Below, piece by piece: positions 44,922-57,536 of a DNA stretch of 64,000 nucleotides. The stretch's first letter is position 1, and the number at the start of each line of letters is the position of its first letter. Under the pieces are notes generated by a model that ran no database searches, was not told the origin of the DNA, and saw nothing but the letters and a program-made list of their open reading frames with translations. The stretch comes from Massalongia carnosa (lineage: Eukaryota), in the NCBI GenBank assembly GCA_965645245.1, contig OZ287077.1, forward strand, positions 372,001 to 436,000, in the 5' to 3' direction. The position numbers and the translations under genes are program-made.

Positions 44922-46698
44922 ATTGGGAGGAAGGCTGCCTTTTGTACAAAGAAGACTATCGATAGGTTGACCGCAAATAAAAAAAGGGTTTTGATTAACC
45001 CATAACTGAGATGCTAGAATAGGCCTTGAAAACACTTGTTTGAGGATCTGTTCTGTTCATTCGTCCCAAAAGGAAGTAAAAACTGTTGTGCGACGAAAGG
45101 GTGTTAACAGTGGGTCGCTCGGGGCCATGCATCAGGTAGAATAAGAGTTAAGAGTAATTTGGCTAGGGCGAAAGGTAATGCCGGGACCGAGTCGAGACAG
45201 GCCGTGGACAGCCGATGGAGGGGGAGGCAAGGGGGAGGCAAGGAGGGGAGAAAGAGGGCATAAATAGGTGGGCCTTTTGGCACTCTTCTCCCCTCATCAT
45301 CATCATTAATTCATTCGGACTTCGGGCAACAAACGGTCTTTTCCCACCCACCCCTCCTTGACCCAGCCGCATAGGTAGAAGGAGTTTCTTTCCCAAAGCC
45401 ATTAACTACAAGAGGGGCCCCTCAGCAAAACTGAGCGTTAGCCGGGCAGCAGCGAGGGGAAAGTTGCCCAATCATAGATAGAAATTATATATACAGTAAT
45501 CAGCCGACACGATGGAGCCCGCGAATTACAATGATGATAATCGTTACGTGAAAACACAACAACTATCACCTCTTTCGTCCAGTTATCTTCACTTCAATTA
45601 ACGTTTGGTTTGATTCCAACCCTTTCAGACCCTTTCAGGCCACCAAACCATTCCTTATCACTTGACGGCTAGTCGGACTTGGCGTGTCGTTTCGATCAAC
45701 GACAGCAAACGTACGCATTATCTTGGCAACGTCCTCCGCGGCTCGGCTGGTCTCCGAGGAACTTTCTATGCTATTCCAAATCAGGCAGTTGACGGGTTCA
45801 AAGACGCTGTCAAAGAGAAACATACGCTTGAACCATCATTCAGCGGACGCAGAAATTGATGGTGGAGCGATGCTAACTTAACACAGTGCATCGTAATCTC
45901 TGAAAGGAAGCCTCATATGGAATTCGAGTAGGTATCTGGGACGCTGTTAAGCATGTGTATTTCTGGACGAAGTGGTTACGGTCGCGAATTGTGGTAATTG
46001 AGCATGCGCATGCGCATGCGACTTTAATTTTTCACTTCAAGCAGGGTCCACTCCGTTCCTCCATGCTTCTAGTTAGGCAAACACGGCAAAATTACACGGA
46101 ATGCGATGTTGTAGCAAAACAAACACCAATTATGCAGGCACGAACGTGGCATGGCAACTAGGTTAGTCCATGAAAAAATGGTTCTCACAGCTTGCATGGG
46201 AGCTTCTGCTTCGACAGGCTTTCAAACTTTCCAATTCCTCGTGAAGTTTCCAGAATACCTTCGAGAAGAGTGACGCTCCTCTCTGTGACCTGACAGCGTC
46301 TTTACTTTCGACTTTCGAAATCCTCATTCTGGGTGGCTTCTGGTGGCAGATTAACATTGTGGAGGCAAACATAGCCCAGCTTTACTAGGTATGCATAAAC
46401 CTAGCCTGGATTCAAGACATGGGAACCGTTTCTTATACACAATGATGGGTGTTCTCCCGTGGTCACGGTCGGAAACATCCCGTCAGAAGATCTGGAGAAA
46501 CGTTTCAGGTGGAAATGCGGCTCGGATTTGCGTTGTCGAGCCCTTCAGCGCGGAAGCATGAACTCGCCAATGCCTGTATAAACATAAGATGCGACCCCTA
46601 CGTGTTTCAACTCTCGTCGACTTTGCCAGTGCTTTGCGAGCGGTCTTATTGCCCTTCAATAGCCCTGTGCCACCACTCTTCTTCGATCAATCATCAAG

Positions 46699-49231
46699 AT
46701 GCACTCCCTGTATTTTTTGGTTGCTCTTTGGGGATCCGTGACCCTATCGATTCCGCTCCAAAAACGTGATGGATTCGGCGGTGGCGGTGGCGGTGACGGT
46801 GGCGGAGGAGGAAGTAACTTCTTCTCGGACGGGGGATCTTCCGCTTTATCTCTCGGCGGGGGATCGATGGGTCCAATAGACACGTCGAGCAGTCCCAGCT
46901 TCGCTCTACCACCCACCAACTCAAACAGCGAAATCTCCATGTCGCCCGAAAGCAACCACATCAGCGATATCCAGGCAATCTCCGATTCTGGTCTTAACGC
47001 CGGTGCTGGCGCGGCTACTATTACACCTGCCACCACTCCAAATCCAGGTGCTGCTCCCGCTACTCCTGGGAAAGCCTCTCCGCCCGTTGCTCCTGGGACA
47101 GCCTCTCCGCCTGTTACTCCTGAGACAGTCTCTCTGCCCGCTGCTCCTGGGATAGCCTCTTCACCGGTTACTCCTGGGACAGCCTCTCCACCTGTTACTC
47201 CTGGGATAGTCTCTCCGCCCGTTACACCAGATCCCGGCACCAGTCCCGGTACTTCAGGTGCAAGCACTGCTTCTCATGGTGTTCAAGTTGCCACTGATTC
47301 ACTCGGTCCTGGTTCGCTCGCAAATTTGGGACTTAGCCCCTCTCCTGGCAGCACCACGCCGAATCCTGGGACTATAACCTCCGGGGATTCCACTAGCACC
47401 GGTCCAAACACGAATAATATTGCAGCTACCTTTCATACTCCCCTCGATTTGACTCCTGTAGGAGGCAAGACTCCCGATACTACTAGCAAAAACACCGACG
47501 CTATAGCAGACAAAAATTCTGGTGCTGGCGCCGGCCCGGATACTGGTAAAATCGCAGATACTACAGGCACTCAACTCAGTGTAGCCGACTCCGGAGTTTT
47601 AACCCCTGGTGGTACCACCAACTCTGGAGGTACTGGAAGTGCAGCTGCTTCTGGCGATGAGACTGGAGGTGGGACTTCTAACGCGGGTGGTAATTCTGGT
47701 ACCTCTGGAAATTCTGATACTACAGGTACTTCAGGCAGTCGTGGTGGCAGCGCCAGCTCCATTGGCAACGTCGGGACTACGGAGAGCCCCGTCGATCTGT
47801 CGAAATTAGATGGTGAACCATATTTCAAAGAACTTGCCACCAAAATAGCACAAGGGGATCAGACCCAGCTAGCCGGTGACTTGCAAAATAACATGTTCGA
47901 AGGCAAAACGATAGATGAGATTACTGCACAACTGCCACCCGATGCCTTAAAATCTGTACAGTCTGTAGCTGCCGCCAATGAAAATTCAAACCTGGGTGAA
48001 CAGAGAGCTGGTGCGCAACGGTACCGACTACAGGGCTACAAGGCGCCGTCGGCTGGAGACCAAGTCTTAGCAAACTCCGCGTTAACGGCCGGCAATGTTC
48101 TTGCCCAATGGATATCACGGAAGATCAACCCTCCATACAATCCTTATGCCTATGCCCATGAGGCCCCAGCTACCGTCACTGTCGTAAGGGTGTATAACAC
48201 GGCGGTCCCAAACGGGGTTGTTGCCGCGAACTACCCCGGCTACTACACCACCAGAAGAACAATCTATCCCTCCCCTACAGTGCTTGCGAAGACGGAGAAC
48301 CCTTCCAATTCAGTTGCAGGTGGTGGAGATAATCCTTCAGGGTCCCTAGGAACGCCGTCACAGGTCATACTCACCCGTCGACCGGCGAAGAAACTGACAC
48401 GGCGACCCAGGCTACGAAGTAAACACAGCACATCAGGATCTTTCACAGAAACTTCCACTTCAACCCCCTGGGAAGCTTATCCCCAAACAAAGACCACATC
48501 CTTATCGCACTCAACGGCTTCTACGCTTCCACCGCTTCATCCGTATATACAACCCTCTACTTCAACCTCAAGTTCAATTCCAACTTCGACACCTCAACCA
48601 AATATAGATACGTCTGCTCCTGGGACCATGCCCGCCTCTGGGGGTAATCCCACTCCTGGTACCAATCCTGACCCTGGAACGGGTCCGGCTCCTGTGATCG
48701 ATCCCGCTACTGGGACTGGTCCTGCTGTTGGTATCACACCCGCCCCTGGAGCTTCAGTTGTACCTGTAGACCCCGCTGCCGTAGTCACTCCTACTCCGGT
48801 CACGGGTACAGTCACGCCTTGCCTAAGCACAGCTGCAAACCCGGTAAACTGTGATCCCAGGTTTACTGGAAAAATCTGCGATCTGAATTGTCTCTATCCC
48901 GCGAATAATCTGGGCGTATCAGCTGCCTGTCGAACATCCGGTTGCCAAATAGGAGTAAGGCTTTCCCCGCTACATCGGCGATGCAAATGATATGTTCCAA
49001 AGCTAACTAATTGCTTAGATTGCCGATTCAACGGTGAATTATCAAATACCGGAGGGCGATTCAGCGGGGGCGTTCAGCCCGAACCTAGGGGTTATTCCGG
49101 GAGACGATATTGGGCCCTGCAGGGATTTTCACGCCGTCAATTTTTGTCTCAAATCCACTGGCGCATCCCTTCAAAATACTAATTCCGACAACATCTCCAG
49201 AAGGGGACGGTTATCGAGGAGGTTTAGATAG
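46699..49231 (+). CDS. Large secreted Gly/Ser/Thr/Pro-rich protein with 8-Cys C-terminal region (2 exons)
   Basis: Signal-peptide-like N-terminus followed by KR; 9-aa ASPPVTPGT repeats; intron 48955-49018 (GTAAGG...GCTAAC...TAG) joins in frame to the 49034-49231 ORF. Confidence 0.82.
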
Positions 49232-51851
49232 GGCTGGAGTTTGATGAAGCGGCATTGTGGCCTTAGGGAGTTTATTTTTGAATTGCATATTACTGGAGCG
49301 TTGGGTTTTTACTCTATGTATATAGCTCTGGACCCGATCGTGACGAGTTGGTCCTAATCGCTTTGATGAGTAGCTATGGTAAATACGATTTTAATTATTA
49401 AATTTCTAGGCAAAAGATTTTTCGGTCTTTATCAGTCTCGAGAATGAGCTTCGCTGATTCCACTCCTGTTACGATTCTGCAATGCTTTTTGGATTCAAGC
49501 TTTTCAGCATACGGAGAGAAATCTATTTTCCAGATTCCATCCACAGCACCGTTGGTAGTAGACTCTAGGTTATGGCAAACACCATCTTACAACAGTATAC
49601 GAATTATAGGGAGATTTCCATTCTTAGAAAAAATCGGTTGATGACCTCGTTCGTAACATCAAGCATACCTACTGTTCCTAAATGACATTGACGTTGTGGC
49701 GAAGAAAGACAAGGGGACTCCCACCATCCCCTTCAAGAAGATCTACGCTTGAAGCGTTTCTTCCATTCATCCTGCCACTGAGTAGTAGGAGAAAGAGCAT
49801 AATCTACCTCTGTATCAGTGTTTCAATGAACAGACGGAAGGTGCAAAGCCTCGTATGAATCCCTGGTATTATTCAAAATATATCAAAAAGTATTGAGAGT
49901 ATAAAAACCAAAAATTGCGGTTAGTCCCGGTAAGGGTCGCACCCACGGCATTCTTGGAAAGCTTTAGTTACATACTCTACAGCAGACTAACAATCAGGCG
50001 TGAGAATCACAGCTTACCGCATAGAGATTCTTATGCCGTTCTGTCTTGCTCCAGACACCGAAATGTCGACTGATCCAAGCCGTGAATCCAGAACCCAGAT
50101 CCCGCCTACCTATAGTACGAGTAGTCATGAACAGAAATGTTGTGAGCCGGCTGTAGGACGGGGCGGTTTGCAGGCAGAGACCGCCACGAGGACAAGGCTA
50201 CACGAGGAGCAGCTAGACGGCCCCCAGCGTTATGTATCCAGGAAAATAATGCGTGGTGGACTTGCTCACCACCAAAAGAAGCTGAAATGTGTTGATGAGC
50301 CGATCCTCTACCAAGTTAGGTTGCGTCTTTCCTTTAGAGTGCAGCATCAAAGCACAAGTCCCTCGGATTATTTTCCCTTTTTTCACCTTGCTGCCCCTCT
50401 CGCCTTCCACGCGTCTTTTGAAGGCTTCTTGGCGGCATGGCAGGGAGCGCACAGTCTTTTGTCTGTGGGACTGCTCCCGTCTCTCTTGCCGCCAGTAGCT
50501 CGCCAAGCAAACTGGGCACGCACGCACGGTACGAACGTGTCCATGCGCTGCTCCGTTTCTTGTTTGTTGAGCTAAGGCAGGCATCAACTCCAAATGATCT
50601 CTTGGTTTGGCGTTGGTCTGTAAAATCCAGGAATGTACGGAGTACGAAGTAGTTGTATTCCGTTCATTGAGTTAGCCTCTATCATTCGTCACCTTCTCTC
50701 CCTTCCCTTCAAGTGGCTGTGATCTATGGGTCCTAGCGGCATGGTTTTATTCCCTACAACCTGCGTTCTACCGCATACAAAATGCTCCTCGACTTGTTCT
50801 ATGCTTGGTTATCTTCTACCTAGTTGCGTGCATACTTGTTTCACGACCAGCATTCTAAAAATTATGAGCAGTCAGAATTTTCACCCAAGCTTTTTTATGT
50901 AGAACCTGATCCGGGGCTGATTTTCATTCTATCGACATCGTGACCAGATGAACCATTTCTAACTTAACACCTATAGCAATAATTGACCCCAAACCAATCT
51001 TAAAATTAAAGCAACCAACTCTCCCATCTCAACCTGGTACCCTCTCCAACCATTCCACTTCCCCGCCCCATCGAAGAATCTCCCAAGTTACTCTTCTCCT
51101 CGCCCCCGAAATATAAATCTCCCAAACCACACCATTACGTTCATCATTTCGTTAACTCATCCTCCCTCATCCAGGGCCACCCCCCCCTTTCCCTTTCCCG
51201 GCACATATGTATTTGTATTATCCACTCACTTCTATCTACCTTTGTCCTGTTATCCAATCCATCCATCACACGCTTCGTTCCCGTGCCTTGTTTCGCTTTC
51301 TTCACCTCGCGGTATTCAGATATGGTTTGGAAACTTTAGGAATAGGGATAGATGGATAAACGACTTGAACGCGGGAAGAAACACGGAAGAAATATGGAAT
51401 GGAAGGGAAAGAAACATGATGGAGAAGAAGAAGGTACGAAACAAACCGAAGGAAAAGAAGTGACTATCCCATCACATCACATCACATCCCATCCCGCTCT
51501 GCTCTGCTCTGTTCTGCTCTGCCCCTGTCTGTCTATTCTGCCTAACTATTTATACTCAAATATCCAGTCCTCTGTATCTGTATCCCAAATGAATATGCTA
51601 GATATGTAGATAAGAGAAACGGGGTGGTAGATAGCCAGCACCGTCATTCATTCATTTGTTCATTCATTGATCCGTTCATCCATTCAGCTACCTACCTACC
51701 TACTTACCTATCTATCAATCTCCTAGGGCATTGCCCATTCTACTTACTGTAAGCCCAATAAACACCTTTACCACTCCTCTCGCATTCCACAGCCTCCTCC
51801 CAACTTCTCTCTATTGTAACAACGATAACAACAGCTGCAGAACTCCCCTTC

Positions 51852-53030
51852 CTACCCCCCCTCCCCCCCCACTTCCGTCACGCCCAGAACCCGTCCCACA
51901 GCCGCCCTTGCCACCCTCCTCCACGCGCTCCCCCCTTTCCTGGCCCTGGTAGGCCCTTTCCGTTCCGCGCGCTGGCCACTTGCGCTGCGCTGATAGAGGC
52001 TCCACACGTCCGCTCCCGCCGCGCTTGTTGTGGCGTGGACGTGATCATCCGGGTGGGGGAGGTCGATGGTGGGGTAAGAGAGGGCATGTCGGGGATGGGG
52101 GAATGGGGAAAATGAGGGGTGGTAATCGGAAGGGGAGCGGGAGGAGAGGAAGGGAAATATGGCGATGTGGGTGGGCCTTGAGCGGTGGGTGGAGGTGTGT
52201 TCGGCCGCTATGTCTTTGCCTCTAGGTACTGGCGCCAGGGTCGCTAATGGGGTCGAGTGCCAGGACTCCGTCACCTGGCGTTGTGGTGTGGGTGTGAATG
52301 CCTGGCCTTCATCGATGGATGGGCTTGTCTGCAAAGGGGTTCGGCGATAGAGTATAGCCTGCGTTGGCCTCGCCAGGGTCGGCCATGTGGCACTTTCCCC
52401 CGCCGTCGGGCTGGGATCCACCACTATGTCCAAATCTTTAAGCTCACCAGCGCGGTGATCGCTACCTCTTCTTCCGGTTCTTTCCCGACTGACGCTTCTT
52501 GCTCGCTCCCTCTCTTCTGGGCCTCTTGCCGCATTTCGCTTCCGCGTTTCGCTCCTCTCGCGTCCACCCTTCTCTCTCCACCAATCCATCCATGCCTCCA
52601 GCCTCCTTCTCTTCTCCCTCCAACCGCGCCGAACCCCCCAAGCCGCCACCGCGCTGCCCACTGCGCCGGAAAACCCAATCACTCCGACCAGCAGCGTGAC
52701 CGCTCTCGGAGGACTGCCTGTCGACAGCAGCACAATCGAGCCGGTCACGAGGAGGCTGCACCCGTAAAAGACCCCAAGCAGGACCAACAGAAGGTGACGA
52801 TGGCGCCGCGACAAATTGCGATGAAGGGAGAGAAACAGAGAGAGCGATGTAGGTGCGTCGGTCGAAGATGGTGGTGCAGGAGCGGGGCTACTGACGATGC
52901 TAGGAGGCAGATAGGAGGCAGACAAGCGTTGGGGAGGACGCGCAAGGCGAGATCGTGCCTGATAGTCCGACATATGGTTCTGTGTGTTGGTGGCGATTGG
53001 GAAGGAGGGGTACGGTGGAGAGAGTGCCAT
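51852..53030 (-). CDS. Hypothetical 392-aa protein with two hydrophobic segments
   Basis: ATG-initiated long ORF, two TM-like stretches followed by a basic tail; no family recognised. Confidence 0.55.
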   Translation of the reverse strand: MALSPPYPSFPIATNTQNHMSDYQARSRLARPPQRLSASYLPPSIVSSPAPAPPSSTDAPTSLSLFLSLHRNLSRRHRHLLLVLLGVFYGCSLLVTGSIVLLSTGSPPRAVTLLVGVIGFSGAVGSAVAAWGVRRGWREKRRRLEAWMDWWREKGGRERSETRKRNAARGPEERERARSVSRERTGRRGSDHRAGELKDLDIVVDPSPTAGESATWPTLARPTQAILYRRTPLQTSPSIDEGQAFTPTPQRQVTESWHSTPLATLAPVPRGKDIAAEHTSTHRSRPTHIAIFPFLSSRSPSDYHPSFSPFPHPRHALSYPTIDLPHPDDHVHATTSAAGADVWSLYQRSASGQRAERKGPTRARKGGSAWRRVARAAVGRVLGVTEVGGEGG

Positions 53031-53689
53031 CAGTTGATTAAAATGTGACTTCTTGGTTCAGAACAGGTCTGCTAAAAAAAATTGAGAGGACTATAGATGA
53101 CCTTCTTATGACTGAGCCGAGAAGGGAGGTTCTCAAGTGAAGATGGATCGAGAACACAGCGGTTTGGTATTGCACTGAGTGCTATCTGCATGTGCAATCT
53201 CAATATTAACTTCAACAAGGCAAGGCGATGAATCAGGCAAGAAATGATACATATGAGCCGAGTGAAAAAACAGCTTGCTCATGATGAAGTGAAAGAAACG
53301 GGATTATGAATTTTCTCCACATCAAGAACCACATCACGACTATCCAACGCTAACACGCGTTGGGAGTCTGACAAAGTGTTGAAATCTTGATGTATCAAGC
53401 AACGAGGAACTAGATGGAGGAGCTACACGAGTTTCCAAAAGAATGTGTCAGGTTACCGAGATAGACATGACAAGCAGCACAAACGCTCAATTATCCAAGA
53501 GACAATGAAGACTCTAGAAGATTGAATTATTCCGTAGAAAGTAGTGAAATGTCAGATACCATCCACACCGGGTACCATGTTCACAAGTGGTGTATCTAAT
53601 GAACCGTTTGATATGCTAGTCAAAGCACGTAAAAATAGGGGAAAGCGCTCTCGTTGACAGGTCTCCCCCTAAATGGGTCTCTTCAACAT

Positions 53690-55398
53690 TCACCCAGGGA
53701 TCAAAGCCACCTTCGTTCCATTGAAACTTGCGCATGTAATGTTCAGGTACTCCACCCATGGTTCGGGATCTCGACTCTCGACGACTTTAAATTCTTGCAT
53801 GAGACGGACTGTGGCATAACTCGCCTCTGTGAGGGCGAATTGTTCTGGTAGGGGGTTAGTTTCCGTACTAGAATCACCTCAATCGGTCAACTCAGGAACA
53901 TGATAGGCACTTACGACCAATACAGATTCTCGGGCCCCTTGATTCATTATTAGTCAATCAACCCCTTATCATAACAAGACCGTGAATTGCTTACCCGTTA
54001 AAAGGCAGGTATTCCCACCCCGGCCGCAATGTCTCCCACCTTTCCGGCTTGAACTCCTCGGCGTCTTCCCCATAAAAATCCTTGCGTCTGTGCATGGCGT
54101 ATACGGAGTAGAAACACAACGTCTCTTTGGGCACAAAAAGCGGCGACATTCCGTCAGGGCCGCCGCCACGAGGAAGGATCGTATCGGCAATGGCCATGCG
54201 GCTGTTGGCCGGGACTACGGGATGGAGCCGTAACGCTAGTTTCATGTCAGCTGTGGATGTCTAACGAGGCGCGAGACGTCACACATTCGTTCAAAAGTGC
54301 CCTTAGGTACTTCATGTCTTTGATTTGCTCATAGGTTGGTAACTCCCCGCCAAGATCATCAACCTCGACCCGAAGCTTCTCCCAGATGTCGGGCCTTTTG
54401 GCAAGCACAAACCAAACATTGCTCAACAAACCTGCCGTCGTATCGCGTCCCGCCAGCAGGATGTTCAACAGCTCATCTCGAATCCGTTTGGGGTCATCAG
54501 TCACCTTGGCCAACTCATGTAGAAAGATGTAGCGTTCGCCTTCGTCTTTATCCTGATTCTGGGTTTTCCGATAGTCTAGGCCCTGCTGAACATAGCGGTC
54601 GGCAAAAGCATGGACGTACTTGATATCTTGCTGGAATTGGGGTCGCGGAAGCATGGCGGAGAAGCCCAAAGACCGCACTTCTTGCCCCACGACTTCCTGC
54701 GAGCGATTGAAAGCCGCCGCAAATAGAGAATCGGATTTCTTGGAAATTCCAGGAGCCAAGCTGCCGACGGATTCGCCAAACAAGAATTCGGTGGCCGAGT
54801 CGATGGTTAATCGGAAGAAGAGTTCCTGCAGATCTACGGTCGAGCCATCGCGAGGAATAGCCTGAAGCAAATGATCTACATGCACTTCCAGCGCCTTCAG
54901 GTTACCGACCTGACCCCGGTTGAAGTTTGGTCTCATAAGATCCCGGGACTGCTGCCAGGCTGGCCCGTCGCTGGTAAAAATGCCATGGCCCAGCAGCGGA
55001 ATGAAGGCACTCTTCCTTTGATCCGGTAAGTTCCAATCCTTGAAGTTCGTGGCCAAGACGGCTTTTAAATTCTCAGGATCGATCGTCATGATCGTTTTGC
55101 TAAACATCATTTTGGTTGATATGGTGTTCCCGAACTTTGCATAGCGTTGTGTCAAAACCTCCAGTAAAGCACGCTTTTGGTACGCCTGAAGATTCTCCCT
55201 TAAAAACTTCAATGCCACCACCTTGCTAGCGAAGGTATCCAGCTCTGGCACCGATCTCGGCGGTTGACAGCCATGCTCTTGGATCATACGCCGGCGTGAG
55301 GCGCCGATTGTCCACTGCCACCGTAGGTAGTAAATACCGTAGAGAATGATCGACACAACAGCCAGGTGGGAGACGCTTGGTAACGGAATCACAGCCAT
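53690..55398 (-). CDS. Cytochrome P450, CYP52 clan (alkane/fatty-acid hydroxylase-like), 4 exons
   Basis: [28 protein letters not shown], spliced ESLR, PERW, FNGGPRICIG heme motif; stop at 53690. Confidence 0.93.
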
Positions 55399-56159
55399 GA
55401 CGGGGGATACGATCGATAATGTACACCTACAATTCTAGAATATTCAGGATTTGCGATACTGGTAAGAATTAAGAATGAGAGATAGATCCGAGGATTCTGG
55501 AGATTTTGTAGTATGGGGTATTGAGTTACGCGGGGGGCGTATAGTATGCAAAATATAAATACGTAAGGTACAAGGTACTGTATATATATTGGGTTTTGGG
55601 GTGGGTGGTTGGGTTTTCACTGAGCAGGCATCACCACGAACCTTCTAGCCATTACTGATCAAACTTCCGAGCTGTCCGTGATGTCCAACGGTGATACAGT
55701 CTAGACCGAACTTCCTAATATTGCATCCTCAGCTCTTGTGGAGGTTGCGGATCAACGTCTACAGAGGTTGTGATACACTGAGAGGGAAAGGGAGAGGAGG
55801 AGGCTGTGTCATAGAGTTTCTTGGTCATCGCGCTAACTATGTTGAGTGTGACGGCACGAGGAGGAAGGAGCGCGGAGTGCGGAGTAACCGAAACCCCGAG
55901 CGTAACTCTTGGTCAGAATGCCTATTTTCCTCATCACGTGTTTCGTTATACCTCGGCACGAGAAATCGTATGAGCCGAGGCTCGTTCTCTCCCCTCCCCA
56001 AAACCCTACGGTGTATCGTGATGCTGGTTAGAAGAACAACATCCATGACGTCCAACGATAAATATACCGTCCAAGGAGGCACCTAACCTAGGCAACCACA
56101 TCACCACATCACCACCACCCCCACCCCTCCCCCAAGAAAAAATTCATTACATGTCAGTC

Positions 56160-57536
56160 TCAAATATCATAACCCCACCCCCCGGCCATTCGCGAGTCCC
56201 TAAGAACATCGCTGGCTCCACGTAGCAACCCAACCGCCGCCTCCATAAGTCCACCCGCGCCAGCCACCGTGAACTGTGGTCCAATTTCCCGCGCTCGTTC
56301 GACGTGTCTCTGCTGCGCTGCTCGTGCGGAATCTTTGTCGGACCCGTGAAGCATCCCCTGTCTTCGATCTTCTGCAGCCCTAACAATAGCCCCGCGCCAT
56401 TCCTCAACCCAAGCCATCTCGCTCATGGTCGCAAGCCTGACATCAGAACCCCCGGCCGCAATCCAGTGGTCAGGCCGCTTGCCGTGGTGTATCAGTTCGG
56501 GGATTTCCTCATCCGCATCGGGCCATCTCCCATCCGCACCTTGGAAGATCTTACAGGGCCAATCGACAGTAATAACTTCCCAATGTCGCGTCATCAGCCA
56601 GAGCAGCGGCCACGTGATGATCCAGAGCTGAAGAATCACGCAGGCCCACCAAATGTATCGGTTGGTGCGATAACGATTGATTGGGTGGTTGGACATGAGT
56701 ATCGTAGCTCGATCTCCAACAGGGAATGTTACACTAATGCTGCCACGATAACTGGTGCTGCGTAGCACTCCCGTCAAGGCATTGATCAGATATGTATCAT
56801 CGCGATTGATAACTTGGCGGGATATAGTAAAACTGAAAGATGGCGATTTGGTCAGCTTTACAGAGTACTCGAGCTAGCGTTGCTTGGTTCAATCGTACGT
56901 TTTCAGGCTTGTGCTTGAGGCACAGAAGCGATGACACCACTCTTGCAGTGAGGGTGTGTAGCATGTGCTTTGTGAATCCGCCTTAAAGCCTGTGGCGATG
57001 GATCGAGTTCTGCCGCCTCGATATGCCTTCGTGCTGTTCTCGACAACTCTAATCCTGCGCCATGGGGAAGCAAGTAAATCAGCCGCCGACACCGTGATAT
57101 CAAAATCTGTGACTGTCTCCGTCTCGTTTTTGTTGTCCCGTCGCCTCGTCACAGTGTGCGTCCCCATCATCCGAACAGTAGGGCTAGGCATCAGCCGTGC
57201 CTCGGAGGCTACAAAGTCTTGTAGAAGATTTGGATCAGAAGTAATCGAGTGAGATAGCACCGTCTTGACAGAGCCTTTGGCGTCTCTGTGGGACTTTTGG
57301 CTGTTGATATCATTGTTGATGGAGACATTGCGATAAAATACTCGTTGCACTAAATGGTCTTCCAGTTGTGTGGCAGGTCCTGCAGCGCTGTCTGTGTACG
57401 CCGGAGGGTTATCATCTCCATATAGGTCCTGCTCAAGTAGTGGAATAGCGTTTGAGAAAGAGTTGATGCCGCCCAATTCCGCATTGTCGGTGTTCACAAT
57501 CAAGGGAGCTCCCTTGACTTCGTTTGCTCGGCCCAT
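56160..57536 (-). CDS. Conserved fungal hypothetical membrane protein (2 exons)
   Basis: PPAY, GTHT...DFDITV, LQEWCHRFCAS, intron GTACGA...CTGAC...CAG, YRGSISVTF, hydrophobic LQLWIITWPLLWLMT, GGWG. Confidence 0.8.

Noticed and set aside
45160..45470. Possible structured RNA, ribozyme or LINE/SINE 3' end
   Set aside because: Only superficial similarity; hammerhead, twister, RNase P/MRP and SRP cores could not be matched by eye. An Rfam covariance search would decide.
46656..47267. 203-aa minus-strand repeat ORF
   Set aside because: Antisense shadow of the secreted protein's repeats.
50213..50593. RTVRACPVC as the start of a Zn2Cys6 domain
   Set aside because: The remaining four cysteines are not at the required spacing.
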